Assembly (NCBI GenBank): GCA_000004985.1
Contig: GG738859.1
Direction: 5' to 3' (one strand)
From: Naegleria gruberi
Taxonomy: Eukaryota
Length of the DNA: 64,000 nt
This document shows, one piece after another, positions 31,019 through 43,458 of this stretch. Within the stretch, counting starts at the first letter, position 1. The number at the start of each line of letters is the position of its first letter. A model generated the notes under the pieces. That model was not told the origin of the DNA. It saw only the letters and a list, made by a program, of their open reading frames with translations, and did no database searches. A program made the translations under genes and the position numbers.

Positions 31019-33238
31019 ATGGTAGAATCACCAATTCTTCAAAAAGATCCTAATGAACAGCTGTTGCTACAAAGCCAAAAGCCACTTGGTCAACCACAAC
31101 AGCAACCTTACAATGCCATGCAAATGGAACTCACTCCACAACAGCAAACTCTGGAAAGTGTTGATAGACAAATGACTCAAGCATTTGGTCAACCATTGCC
31201 CCAACAGCAACCCATCCAATTTCAACAGCAACAACCATTAACCAGTAGTAGTGGTACCTTGCCAACTGCTAGCAATTTGGAAAGAAGAGAAGAACCTGAA
31301 AAACTTATTCAACCTTCTGAAGAATTAATGGAAGAGAAACAAGGTGGTAGTGCTCTTGGTGTTAGCAACATTTCTGGTTCTAGTAGTGGAGCTACTCAAC
31401 AAATGTCCATTTCTCCTTCGGTAGAAAAGTCAACCTTGCCACCCTTACCAACTAGTACCTTGCCTCAATCTGAACCATTTAGCCAGGAACAACATATGGT
31501 TAGTCATGATGTGAAAACACCTCACATTCGTGAGTACCCATGTATGAAAGCAGTTGTTACTTGTAACTATCAACAAGATGAACCAGAACACATGCTTGTT
31601 TATGTTGACAAGTATCCAAGACCTATTCGTATGAAATCTGATGAAATTCTTGTCAGAATGAAATGTGCTAGTGTCAATGATTTGGATTACAAAATCTGTC
31701 AAGGTAAAATTCCAGTTGAAATTCAAACTACTCCAATTCATTATCCGCTCATTGTTGGCGCAGATGGATGTGGTATAATTGAGAAATTAGGTGGAGATCC
31801 AACTAATCTCAGAGTAGGTGATTGTGTCTTTGGTTTCACCAATCAATTGGGTACATTTGGTGAGTTTGCTATCTTTAAGGAGAGAGAAGTCATGATGAAA
31901 CCTGACTGGTTGAGTATGGAAATGGCCAGCTGCATTCCATTCAGTGCTCTTGCTGCAATGAATTGTTTCCTTCTTGTTGATAAGAAGAGAAAGAAGAAAC
32001 ATGGTTTATTGGGTCCTTCCTTGTCAGTAATGAATAGAATTAGCAAATCACCTCGCTCAGTTGGTCAATCATCAAGCGTAGAAGAATCCTTTGAGAAAAA
32101 GGTCATTGAAAGCTCACAATCTCATCAGAAACTAACTCATGAAAATGAACCAATTAACCTTGAAGTTGTCAACCAACTGTTAAATGGTGACAAATCTGGT
32201 TCCATTCTCATCCAAGGAGGTGATACTTATATTGGCTCTTGGTGTATCTTACTAGCACGTTACTATTTTGGAGCTCAACGTATCTATACAACCATCAGTA
32301 CAATGGACAATGAAGAATATGTTAGAAAGATGGGTGCTGATGTCATTCTCAATTCACACGATGCCAAATATGAAGAAACCATTGAAAAAGATTTGTTGCA
32401 ATATTGGGAAACATTTTGTTGTGAATTGGATCCTCACAAGAATCAACAAACAATGCAACCTCCAGCAACCTCTACATTGAATACAAGTACTGGTAGTGAA
32501 ACTGTAACCCAACAAATGCAACCAACTTCAATGGTCAATCCACATCAAATGCAAACTACCCAACAAACCATGCCTAGCTCAAACATGCAACAAACTTCAT
32601 ACACAACCACTACAGAGACAGTTCAAGAACAAGTGGGTTTTCCTTCTTCTTCTCAACAAACTCATACAGTTCCAAGTCAAATGGAGTACAAGCCAAGTAT
32701 GATGCATCAAACAGAACCTTCCAATGTTTCCATGTCTCCTCAACAACCATCTCCAACTCATACTCCACTCACTCAATGGCCACATCCTGCCTTTAAATCA
32801 AAGAAGGAAATGGAGAAGTGTAAGCTCTTGATTTCAACACTCCAATTATCAATTGACACAGTTGGTGGTTATGATAATATGCAAAAGTCATTCAATTTGT
32901 TGAATGGAAGTACCAGTCATTACATTACTACCAATCCACCAATTGAGTTGGAACAAAAGAAGGTCAGTGGAAAGGATGTTTGGAAATTGGTAAGTATGGC
33001 AGCTGCAAACAGATTGAAGAGTTTCTTTGCTAATTATCCACATTTCCACCTCTTGCCTGCTGTTCAATGTGAGAGAGAATTGATGGTAGAGTTGATGAAA
33101 TGGTTTGAACAAATGGATAGAGATTGGATCCACAAGTTACTTCCATTCAAGACTTATCCAATGACTGAAGCTGCTCGTGCTATGGCAGATTGTAAAAAGA
33201 ATCCTTTCAAATTAGTGATTAACGTATCCAATGAATAA
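31019..33238 (+). CDS. medium-chain dehydrogenase/reductase (quinone oxidoreductase / zeta-crystallin-like) with Gln/Ser/Thr-rich N-terminal extension and insertions
   Basis: ADH_N/GroES-like segment ...ILVRMKCASVNDLDYKICQGKIP...YPLIVGADGCGIIEKLGGDPTNLRVGDCVFG... Rossmann segment ...ILIQGGDTYIGSWCILLARYYFGAQRIYTTIST...GADVILNSHDAKYEE. Long Q-rich insertions flank these. The first ATG in frame is MVESPILQK; the ORF track starts earlier at a non-ATG codon. Confidence 0.55.
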   Translation: MVESPILQKDPNEQLLLQSQKPLGQPQQQPYNAMQMELTPQQQTLESVDRQMTQAFGQPLPQQQPIQFQQQQPLTSSSGTLPTASNLERREEPEKLIQPSEELMEEKQGGSALGVSNISGSSSGATQQMSISPSVEKSTLPPLPTSTLPQSEPFSQEQHMVSHDVKTPHIREYPCMKAVVTCNYQQDEPEHMLVYVDKYPRPIRMKSDEILVRMKCASVNDLDYKICQGKIPVEIQTTPIHYPLIVGADGCGIIEKLGGDPTNLRVGDCVFGFTNQLGTFGEFAIFKEREVMMKPDWLSMEMASCIPFSALAAMNCFLLVDKKRKKKHGLLGPSLSVMNRISKSPRSVGQSSSVEESFEKKVIESSQSHQKLTHENEPINLEVVNQLLNGDKSGSILIQGGDTYIGSWCILLARYYFGAQRIYTTISTMDNEEYVRKMGADVILNSHDAKYEETIEKDLLQYWETFCCELDPHKNQQTMQPPATSTLNTSTGSETVTQQMQPTSMVNPHQMQTTQQTMPSSNMQQTSYTTTTETVQEQVGFPSSSQQTHTVPSQMEYKPSMMHQTEPSNVSMSPQQPSPTHTPLTQWPHPAFKSKKEMEKCKLLISTLQLSIDTVGGYDNMQKSFNLLNGSTSHYITTNPPIELEQKKVSGKDVWKLVSMAAANRLKSFFANYPHFHLLPAVQCERELMVELMKWFEQMDRDWIHKLLPFKTYPMTEAARAMADCKKNPFKLVINVSNE

Positions 33239-33285
33239 GTGTAATATAATATTGTAAAAAAATAAATAGTATTATTTGTGAAATG

Positions 33286-36200
33286 TTACTGTTCTTCAAT
33301 ATCTTCAAAATCATCATCGTTTTCAGAGTTGCTATTTCGTGACCAAGCAACTAATCCAATTGCAACATTGACCACATACTTGAAGTAGGTCTTTCCATTG
33401 ATAGTGCACATGGTGGGAGCGTATAAATCTCTTCGTTTCAGTGAATTACCAGCACTTCTTAATCCGTTAAGAGTACTTCTTCCAATGTACATAGAGTCAG
33501 AATCAAAGTCAGCATTGGCAAACATGAATTTGATTTCCACTTTTTCTAATGCATGCTTTTCCTCGTTTTTATCAAATGAGCAGAGAGTTAGGAAGATGGC
33601 ACACTTATCCGATTGGTCATCAACCAGCACTATAATTGTTGAGATAATAATATTTCATTAAAAACTTACTTTTTGTTTCTCCTTTTGGATAGAAACAAAC
33701 ACACCACTTGAAACCAAATGCATTGATAATATCTGAATAACAATCATCACCATTCTCCTCTGATGTAGAAAGAATAGAAACAGTATGAATGGATGTTGGC
33801 AATTCGTCAAAAGTTCTAAAAATCCAAGGGGCATAATGTCTAGAAGATAATTCCTTTTCTCCTTGGTGAATTTGTTCAATTTTCTGAACAGTGGTCTCTG
33901 TTTTGTATTCTGGAATTTCCAACAGCTTGAGACAAACTACAAACTTGTAAATATCAAATTCATCATTTGTTTCGAATGGATGGAATTGAGTTGCATCTAC
34001 ATATTCTCCATAGGAACCACCCAACATTTTAAATTTCTTAACATAGACCAAGTATGTTATTGGGTTAAAGTCGTAATTGCACATCATGTATTGGAGTTTG
34101 ATGTGGTCAAACTTGTCATGTTGTAGTGGGCTCTTTGTGGAATCGAGAGTCAAGTAGATGGAGGAAGTATGTTCATCATCATTTTCATCATCCTTGTCTT
34201 TAGGACAAAAATCAATAATCCATCTGTAGCCATAGGCTTCGAAAGGTTCTGATTCATAGTGTCTTGTTCTACTTCCGCTCTTTGGAATTTTAACTGTTGT
34301 AATGTGGATGGAAGAATCCTTGTAGGATTGTGGAATTCTCTCATGAATGCATTCTAATGGATCCTTTCCTTCATAGCTCTCAATTGAAAGTTTAGAAATA
34401 TAATCATCACCAGGATTGAGTGTCTTGGCAAAATTGTCCAAAGCATGTAAGGTAGGAACGTGATTCTTCAAAATATCTTGATTCATTAAATAGTGAATAA
34501 AGTCCAAAACTTTTGAAATGTGAGGATAGCCTCTGGTTAAAATGTCTGCCATTTGCATAATGTAAAAAACAGGATAATTCTCAATGATACCATAATTATC
34601 CAAAATATGCTGAATTATTTGTTCAATGAGTGGATCAATAGATTCATCACCAGTAAATTCATCAAGTTTGAATAGACCATTGATAGTGTATCTAATTTCT
34701 CCAAGATTGAACAATATCATGGATGCAATTGTAAAGCATCTACAAGATGTCACAAACTCCAAGCTCTTTCCAATGGCTTTTGCTAACTTTTTCTTTCTTT
34801 CATCTGTTACAATCTCTCTATGGTCTCTCATGATATGATCAAGTAATTCGAATATATTGCAAATACCAGTAGAACCTCCACAGCCACTAGGGAATGTTAG
34901 TATGTACTTGTAACAGAAATCATAAATTTTTTCTTGTGGTAGAGGTTCTGATTTAGGGTCGTGAATATATGGATTTTTGCTCAAATATAAATCTAAAGCA
35001 AAATTAGCCAAGGTCATTTCTCTACTCTCCAAAAGAATGTTGACGTAATCCTCCACTGCATGGTAATTATTATCTCCGTAAATCCAACCATGATATGATT
35101 TAAATTCCTCATATTGCTCATCAATTTCCATTTCCTCATTTTCTGGCTCATCTACTACAATGGTAACGAATGGATGTTCCTGTTGGAAAATGGAAAATTC
35201 TTTGGAAAATAGAATATTTTCACAATATTGAACAACTATAAGATCACAGTTTGTGAGTTTTCCAAGGTATGGAAGACAGTTATTTGTAATGGTATTGATA
35301 TGTTCAAGGTATAGGCAAATAAGCTCCTTTTCGTTGAGAGGAAGTAATTGTTCAATAAACTTGTCAGAAAGGTCGGATCCTACAAAGAACAATTCTCGCA
35401 ATCTTGATAATGACAAAATATTGGAAATAAAACCAGGTTCCAAACCAGTGAGGTGTTGAGTTCCAGTGAACATTAGCTTTTTCAAAGATGTTGGAAGGAT
35501 AAAATCTGTAAAATCAGTAACCTCCTCTTCAAATGCACTACACTCCAAGCTCTTTAAATTTTTAAACTCTCTCAGGAATGGAATGTGGCTCTTTTTAATT
35601 CCATATAAATTGAGTTTGGTAATATTTTCTTTAGGTAGGTATTGTGCAAGGGAACCTCCAATGCCATTTCCTTCAACTTTACTGAGTGGAAAGTTCATTT
35701 TTACATTACTCTTCTTAAGTGTTTCATGGAGAGGTTTGAAAACTTTCACTAGTGCTTCATTGGTATTTTCATCACCTTTAACAAATAAATTAATCAAGTT
35801 TGGTGATTTTCTAAGGAATGAAAAGTCCAGATTTGGTTCTTCTAAAATATCTAGAATGAGAGTTTCCAAGCTTGGACCGACCAGAGCATTGATAATCTCC
35901 GAGAATGGTCCCTTTACATAGAGTCCACTTTTAATTTTCAAGTATTTCAGGGAATTTTTCATAGTAGTATTGAGTGATTCCAAACTGGTTTTGGAGGCCT
36001 TGAGGAAGAAGGCATAGAGTTGAAATTTGAGGGTCAATGAGTTCAACTTGGTGAGAGTACTCAGTGTATTTAGAACACCATCAAATGTGAACTTGCTTCC
36101 TTCAAATCTTGGAATAAATTTCAAACATAGTTTTTCTAAATATGGAGCCAGTGTAGAGATTGATTTTTGTGCGTTAACAATGTGAGCCTCAGTGGAGAGA

Positions 36201-37256
36201 ACGTATGGAATATTGAGAGATCTTATATTTCTAAGAGTTTCTGTTTTAAAAATAGTATAAAAGCCACCTTGAATAAGAGTCATTTCTTCGTCCATGTCTT
36301 CATCTTCGTCATCATAATTTGGACATACTACCAATTTAAAGTCTTGTAATTTTTTCAATGATTTTAACATCATTTCAACTGGTTTGTCTTGTAAATTGTC
36401 GCCTCCTACATAAAATTTGACAAGATTAGGACATTGGTTTACAATGCTCTTAACGTTCCTATAAACAACTGGATAGTAAATTTCTAATTCTTCCAAAGTA
36501 GGAGGAAGTTCAATACTAGCCTGTTTCATATCTTGATCATTAACGTCCAATTCGTCGGCATCTCTTCCAAGTGAAAGTATTTTAAGATTTTTGAAATGTT
36601 TTAATAGTGGAAGGTGTTCCAAGAGAGTATTTGAAATTTTAAGACTCGTTATTGTTTCCAATAATTTGCTATTGTTTTTGACCCATTCCTTGAGATAACT
36701 ACCATGTGCTTCATCGAGAGCAAATAATTCCACCTCCTCTAGTGTTTGCAATTTTGACAAATGACTCAGTCCAACATCTGTTTTTGAAAATAATGATAAT
36801 ATTATTAGAGCAATCTCAAGAACAAATAAACCTACCAGTGAGTGAAAGGGTACTAATTAAATCAAAATCTTGAAAATCAATCTTTTTAAGCTTTGGTAAA
36901 TGTACAAGAAAATGATCAACAATCTTCTCAAACTTGGTATTTGTTGTTCCGACACGAATAGAATACTTGGTTTTCATATTAACAAAATAATACCACACCA
37001 AATCTGACAAGTTTTTAGAAACAAGTCTAATACGTAATAATTGATTGGTAGTAAAATAACCAAACAAGTGTTCAACCCAAACATCATGCGGAACACCAAG
37101 AAAATGGTCTATCAAATCCAATCTAAATTCATGATAAAATTGATGATGTTCACTTCCATTACTAGCAACTATTTCCTCCACTTTTGAATATTCTTGCTGC
37201 TGGTGAGACTGCACACCATTTTGCTGCTCCGAATCTTGTGGTGAGGAGTTTTGCAT
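33286..37256 (-). CDS. F-box / leucine-rich-repeat protein with two C-terminal MATH (TRAF-like) domains, ~1290 aa; 3 exons (~37256-36836, ~36777-33670, ~33629-33286)
   Basis: Exon 1: ...DLIDHFLGVPHDVWVEHLFGYFTTNQLLRIRLVSKNLSDLV (F-box). Exon 2: ~500 aa of LxxLxLxxN-type LRRs (LKILSLGRDADELD..., LEELEIYY...), then a helical region, then MATH 1 (HYESEPFEAYGYRWIIDFCPKDKD...IYLTL). MATH 2 spans the last intron (FGFKWCVCFYPKGETK | LVDDQSDKCAIFLTL...NGKTYFKYVVNV). Introns GTAGGT...CAG and GTAAGT...TATAG. Confidence 0.6.
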
Positions 37257-37525
37257 TTTTATTAATAAGTTTAAAAATAATTGTTGGATTTATTTTTGGT
37301 TTGAAAATTGAATTGAACGTACTTATTGAAGTTTGAATAAGAGAAAGGTAGCAATGAATGGTATTCTTATATTGAGTCTCAAACCTTAATGAATTTTTGT
37401 GTTTAATTCTTGTTTTTAGATGACACTCAAATTGGGATCAGCTCCTCTAGGAATACAAGAGCAATCAATTTGAAGTTGGTTTAATAGTAAATAACGGATT
37501 GAAATGTAACTTAATTTATAGATTT

Positions 37526-38881
37526 TTATATGAAAGTGAGTATCCTCTTATTGGAAGAATCAACAATTAGTAATTCTCCAGTTTTTTCACAAAGACAAAG
37601 AGCATTAGGAAATGAGAATTCATTTCGTCCCTTTCCTTTTCTTCCAAAACTTTTAAGATGATGACCATCCTCACTGAATACTTGAAGTCTATGGTTTGAA
37701 TAGTCACAAACAACTATCCTCTTGTGAACTGAGTCAAAGACAATTGAGCTTGGATATTCCATTCGCCCATTTTCGCTTCCCCTTCCACCAATGATTTTGC
37801 TAGTTTTCCAAATTTCTTGATATTGGTTCGAGTTGTCAATCTTTGTTAAATGGCGTTTCAATATTTGAATTCTGTGAGAAAGACTCTCGGTGACAATCAT
37901 TTCCCCACAACTTGTAAAGTCAATTCCCCAAGGACTTGTCATTGAAATTCTATCCTGAATACCTATTGAGGTTACAGTTTGTCCGTTCAATGTTTTCATC
38001 ACTCGTACACAATTCGAACTTCCATCACAAACGAAAGTGTAATTTCTCTCAACTCGTCTCTCATTGATAATGTCTACAAATTTCCTTGAAACTATTCCAT
38101 TTGGATATTTAACATCAGTGTTTCTCCACAAATATTTTGATTCCTTACATTCAATCATGGATTTGAGATCGTACTTGTAAACAGAATTATCATTACTTGT
38201 AAATAAGAGAGCATCATTTCCGTAGCCATCATAATCTGACTCAATGTGCATATATCGAGGGGTGGAAGGTAAATTGATTGAGGTGAGGAATCTACGAGAA
38301 ATTAAATCAAAGAGTTGAATCATTCTCGACTCCTTCTCACTCACCAAAACACAAGAGCACGAGAAGGAAATTTTAACATCGAAAGGATTTTTAAGGAGAG
38401 GTTGTTGAGAGGAGTTGTTGTCTGGTTGTGAACTTCTTCCATCCTCAATACAAGGTTCTGAGCAATATTCGAGAGAATGAATGAGATGAAAATTCATGGA
38501 GAAACCTTTTGGGGAATCAGAATGGGCCATTCTAATTCGAAGTTGTTCGAAGGAGGTACTTGTTGATTTGTGCAAGTCTATCAAGTGAACAACTACTTGA
38601 TCTGCTGTCGATGTTGTTGTGGTTGAGGCCTGATATTGGAACGTCATTATTTTGCTAAATTCCATGCTTGAAGTAAAATTATTATTAATGAGAGAATCTC
38701 TACAGTTGTTCATATTGTTAGTGTTGTTTTTTCTGATTATTATTTTGAAGAACACAATGGAGCAAAAATTTAAATAGCAAAATTCAATGGTTGTCCTCTT
38801 GGAATTATAATAATCAAAGTTCGAGATAAGTTTCTTGCAGTACTGAGAGACAGGACATTTTCGATGTTCGTCCTTGTACAA
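37526..38881 (-). CDS. NHL-repeat (six-bladed beta-propeller) protein, 451 aa
   Basis: C-terminal half has tandem NHL units: ...SSIVFDSVHKRIVVCDYSNHRLQVFSEDGHHLKSFGRKGKGRNEFSFPNALCLCEKTGELLIVDSSNKRILTF. Uninterrupted ORF; more 5' exons are possible. Confidence 0.6.
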   Translation of the reverse strand: MYKDEHRKCPVSQYCKKLISNFDYYNSKRTTIEFCYLNFCSIVFFKIIIRKNNTNNMNNCRDSLINNNFTSSMEFSKIMTFQYQASTTTTSTADQVVVHLIDLHKSTSTSFEQLRIRMAHSDSPKGFSMNFHLIHSLEYCSEPCIEDGRSSQPDNNSSQQPLLKNPFDVKISFSCSCVLVSEKESRMIQLFDLISRRFLTSINLPSTPRYMHIESDYDGYGNDALLFTSNDNSVYKYDLKSMIECKESKYLWRNTDVKYPNGIVSRKFVDIINERRVERNYTFVCDGSSNCVRVMKTLNGQTVTSIGIQDRISMTSPWGIDFTSCGEMIVTESLSHRIQILKRHLTKIDNSNQYQEIWKTSKIIGGRGSENGRMEYPSSIVFDSVHKRIVVCDYSNHRLQVFSEDGHHLKSFGRKGKGRNEFSFPNALCLCEKTGELLIVDSSNKRILTFI

Positions 38882-39952
38882 AAATATTAATGCTCAATTA
38901 ATTTGGAAAATATGATGATTGAATCATACATGTTTCAATTTTTCAAAAATCTATCTTTTCCTTTCCCAAAATCAATCAATTGCTGTTCAATAGGTATACG
39001 AAGGATTCTTAGATGGATTCTTGAGTGTTTCTTATTATTTAGAATACAAATCAATCTCTATTTTCAATACAGTTCTTTCAGTTTTGTTTTTGATATGATA
39101 TCTTCCAGATTGGTGTTGACAATTGAAAGTCTGCTGAAATAATTGTTGTCTTGATGATAAGAATCCTCCACAGAAGTTTGAAATCTTCTCTTGTAACGGA
39201 GGTAGGAGTATGTTGTTTTAAATGGTTCGAAGAATCCTTAGATTTTTCAATCAATGTGAAGGAGAACACTCCTTAGATTCGTTTCTATAAGTGTGAGAGA
39301 ATAAGGCAAATTAAGTCAAAGATAGGTTCATCAAAAGGGAAGTATCACACCATTCTCATATTATAACCAATATCCAACGTGGATGTTCTTTCAACGTAAC
39401 AACAGATAAAATCCTTTTCTAATTCGGTGGATAATATTGTTATTGGTGTAGTGTTGCTTGTTGGATGGAAAATAACGTGAAGATAGGCGTATCTTGGATC
39501 ATGATTTTTGTTTGCTTGGATTGTGAGTTGGAGAGAAGGTGAGGGCTGTAGTAATTAATATTCATTGTACTCTGTGTGTTGAAGATTGCGGATAACCTTA
39601 ATGTTCTTTGGAACAATCGATAGTATTGAATGATATGCTGGAAAGTATTTGAATGGTTTTTTATCAAAAAATTCTTCATTTTCTTTGATATTAGAAACTA
39701 TAAGCGTCTTATTTTCTTTGGTATCAATGGCTCTTCTTAGGTTTTGAGGTTGAACTTATTTTCCCGCCAAATTCCTTAACGCCATCTGTAAATTTAGGTT
39801 ACGAAAAAACTTTAAAATCACTTTAAAAAAATTTGGACAATTACCCTCAGCCTTCCACTCAGAAGAGCTCTTGTCCAATTATAACAACATCAACAACAAC
39901 AAAATCATCAACTCATCATCATCAAATTATTGGTTTTATTGGAATAAGGAAT

Positions 39953-42900
39953 ATGAGTGAGCAAGAGGATATTCATCAACAAGTAGAAAAATTCTGCTTT
40001 CAAGCAACTGAGGCAATTAACTCTAATAATTTAAAGTCAGCCTTTGAATTTGTTAGTAAAGCTAAAAATTGTATGCCCTCAGACTCTTGGACAAATGAAT
40101 CGTTCTATGAACAAGTTTTAAACGTTAATCTTTTATATGCCGAGTGCGAGTACATCTCTGGCAATCATTCATCAGCAATAGAAATATATCAAAGTATTCT
40201 GCCCAACATTGTGGATAATGTAGACAGGCTGAAAGTCAGATTTTTACTGCTAAAATCATCATCAGCATCATCCAAGTATGAAATTATGTATGACGAATTT
40301 ATTGACTTGCTGGCGTCAAATCCCTCAACACATTGTCTAGTTGCTAATGGTGATGCCTTTACCGAAAAATGGATAGAGTCAACAACAATACAAATCAAGG
40401 AAAGCCTTGAATCATATTCAACACTTAGTGATGTATTACAAATGAAAGAATGTGAGGATGAAGAATCTGTAGCATTTGCTAGATGTTTATTGGAATGTAT
40501 TCAAGGAGTGTACATAGGAAAAAACTCCAACAAAATCTTTCTCTTTGTAACCCCACTTTTATTGTTCAAATCAATGCTAGAAGATGGATTGTACATGGAT
40601 TTAACTCATACCATCTTAACAGCTCTAGGGTAAGATTATTTTATTAGTATCAATTAACTAAATATTATAGATGGCAATTTTCTTATTTGGATGACCCAAA
40701 ACTAGGAAGCGACTTGTCAGAGGTTGGTAGTACCTTAGCAAAAGAGCATCACTCTACAGAAGCAAATTTTGCCCTCACAAAGTTTTTCGAATTGTGTATA
40801 ACGGCTTGTACAGGCGGTCTAGATGATGTTTTGAAGGTTTCGTATGATGCTTTCAAAATTGCAGAAACAGTTGAGGAAATTTCTTGGGGTGCTCAAAGTG
40901 GTTTTGTAAGTTTTAGTTCTTGCTTAAGAGTTTTCTAAATTATTACTATAGTGGCTTGGATTGACAAGTATTTTAAAAGGTTTTGATAAGGATTCGAATG
41001 AAAATCATTTGGAGGAAATCAAGACATTCAACAGAAAATGTAGTAGAGAATTCGAGAGTGATTTACTGGCTTGTATTGAACAAATTCCATTGTTTTTATA
41101 TGGAGCAACTGAGAATTTTTCCCCTAGTTTCATGCTTGACGGTTTTGAAGAGATAACCTTCTCAAGATTAATAGTCTTCTTTACAAAAGCTTTAATTCAT
41201 TTTTTCAAGGGTCAATATCAGGAAGCAGCTGAGCAAATCAATGAATCTGATGATGTGATAGATGACTGCTTTGGTACACCGTTTTACATGTTCTACAAGT
41301 GGTTTTCCTTCATTATTTTATCCTCCTTCTATGAAAAATATGATGATATAATGGCAACCAAAAACCAGAAAAAGTCCAAACTTTCAATAATGGAAGTAAT
41401 GCTTGGTCCCAATGCCAAAGCTCCAAAAACAATGAAAGAAAAGACATTGGAAAGAATTTTAGAGCACGAAAAGGATATTCTTGACTTGCATGCCAAGTAT
41501 CCTCATTTGATGGCAGCTGCTAGATCCATGTGTTCAGCAGAAGTCACTAAATTGCACAATGGAGATAAGGATGAAGTGATTGAGCTTTATGTCAATGCGT
41601 ATGAAGTTTCTGTGAATCAGAATATGCACCTCTATGCTGGTTTGATCCAAAATAGACTGTGTGACTTTTGTGTCTCAAATGAAATAGAGACAAAGTTCAT
41701 CAAATCATACGCAGAAAATGCAATTAAGACATGGAAGATGTGTGGTGCTCATGCAATGGTTTCCAAATTGAATGAGCAATATAAGGATGTACTGACGTTG
41801 GAGGTTGGAGATTCTCCAGAGTTTGAAAATATTGTTCCTATTGACTCGATACCACTGTCCATTGTTCTATCTAAGCAAACTCAAAGTTTCCTTTCATTCT
41901 CTAATTGTGATAGATTGGGAATATTTGTAAAAGAGCCAAACACTAAGGAATTCATTTTATTGTGCGAAAAAGAAAAGGGACACGAGGTAGAAATTTTCGA
42001 CGAGTTGGAACTCTCCCAAGCAGATTTCAAGTTTAGCATCAAGTCCCTTAAGATTTGTCTAAATTGCAAGAATCCTGTAATTATCTCTAATGCTGCTGGA
42101 AGTGACTATACAAGAAATCAAGTTTCTGATTGTGAGTATCTGCAGCAAAACAAAAATGTAAAAGAACAAATGATTATTCCACTGATTGGAGAATCAATAC
42201 TGAGAGGAGCCATAGTTTTTGAGTCATCTGTTGAAGAAACATTCAATAAGAACATGCTCAATAATACCAAGGCCCTTGTTGATACGCTTATTGATGGGTT
42301 GATAATACAGAATGAACAATTTAGAGCCCAAAGAAAGCTTGTTCCATTGGAATCTCTAAAACAATTAGGCAAGGATGCAGGAAGTGTACAGTTAGGAGAT
42401 CATGCCATCAAGAACGCTACCATTATGTGTTTGGAATTGAGAAACTTTACGGAAATAATAGAATCAGGACTAAGCTTTGTAAACTTGTTAATAGGGACAA
42501 TATCTCCAATAATAGAAAACCTAGGTGGATTTATAGAAAATTGTACAGGGCCAAAAATTGTGGCAGTTTTTACTAATTCTTCATCGAAGGCAGTAAGCGC
42601 CTCTTTGGATATTGTAAAAGCTTTGAGAGATTTGGGCAAAAATGTTAATTCAAAGACAACTCCTTCAATAGGTATTGGTATCCATTCAGGTAGTTGTTCT
42701 TTTGGAGTGGTAGGATCTTCTCAAATGTTTTCCATCATGTATTCCGAATCATTTTCAATGTGTTTGGAACTTACCAAACTTTCAAACAGCTTGGGAGCTA
42801 TTGTTGTTTTGACTCAAGATGTTCTCGATAGTCTAAATGCTCAAGAGTTGAAATTTAAATCAAGAAAGCTAGGGAAATTTATTTTTGAAAACAAAAAGAC

Positions 42901-43444
42901 CCATCCTTATTCACTCTTTGAAATTTCAGGACCTGATTGGATTGAATACAGCAATGATATTTCAAAGAATATTTCTCAACAAGTTGAGGAGTGTATTGAC
43001 TTTTTTTCAAAGAAGAAGTTTGACAAGGTTTTAACCATCACAGAGGGTTTAGAAAAGACAGTTAGGGACAAGTTTGATAATAATCCTTCACTCTTAGGAT
43101 CCCTCCCTCATCTCAAACTAATTCAAATGTACAGAGATCAAAGTAAGCGAAATATGAGTGTGACCTCTTTGCTGGGTGATTGGTGCGGAGAAATTAGCAT
43201 TGATCATTCCGGTAATCCACAACATTTATTCGAGCAATCTATAACATCTGAACAAGTACAGGTAACCCCAAAGGCAAATGAAGTGAATGAAGACATTGAA
43301 AAGAAGCTGAGAAGTTTACAAACTCAATTGGAACAACTAAAGTCAGAAAATGAAAACTTGAGATCTATTGCCAAGAATGAAGACTCAGGGATGGGATGTT
43401 TTTGTATGCCTAGCAGGAAGAAGATACATCCAACTAATAAATAA
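39953..43444 (+). CDS. TPR-like / GAF / class III nucleotidyl-cyclase-homology-domain protein with catalytically degenerate cyclase domain and C-terminal coiled coil; 3 exons (~39953-40635, ~40679-40906, ~40952-43444)
   Basis: Helical TPR-like N-terminus. GAF-like block ...FSNCDRLGIFVKEP...IPLIGESILRGAIVFES... Cyclase domain ATIMCLELRNFTEI...GPKIVAVF...IGIGIHSGSCSFGVVGS...FSIMYSESFSMCLEL aligns to FADIVGFT...KIKTIGDAYM...RIGIHTGPVVAGVIG...YDVWGDTVNxASRMES. The first metal Asp becomes Glu and the second Asp is lost. The transition-state Asn/Arg are absent. Ends with a coiled coil (LRSLQTQLEQLKSENENLRS). Donors GTAAGA/GTAAGT. Confidence 0.6.
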
Positions 43445-43458
43445 CAAGTAATTATTTC

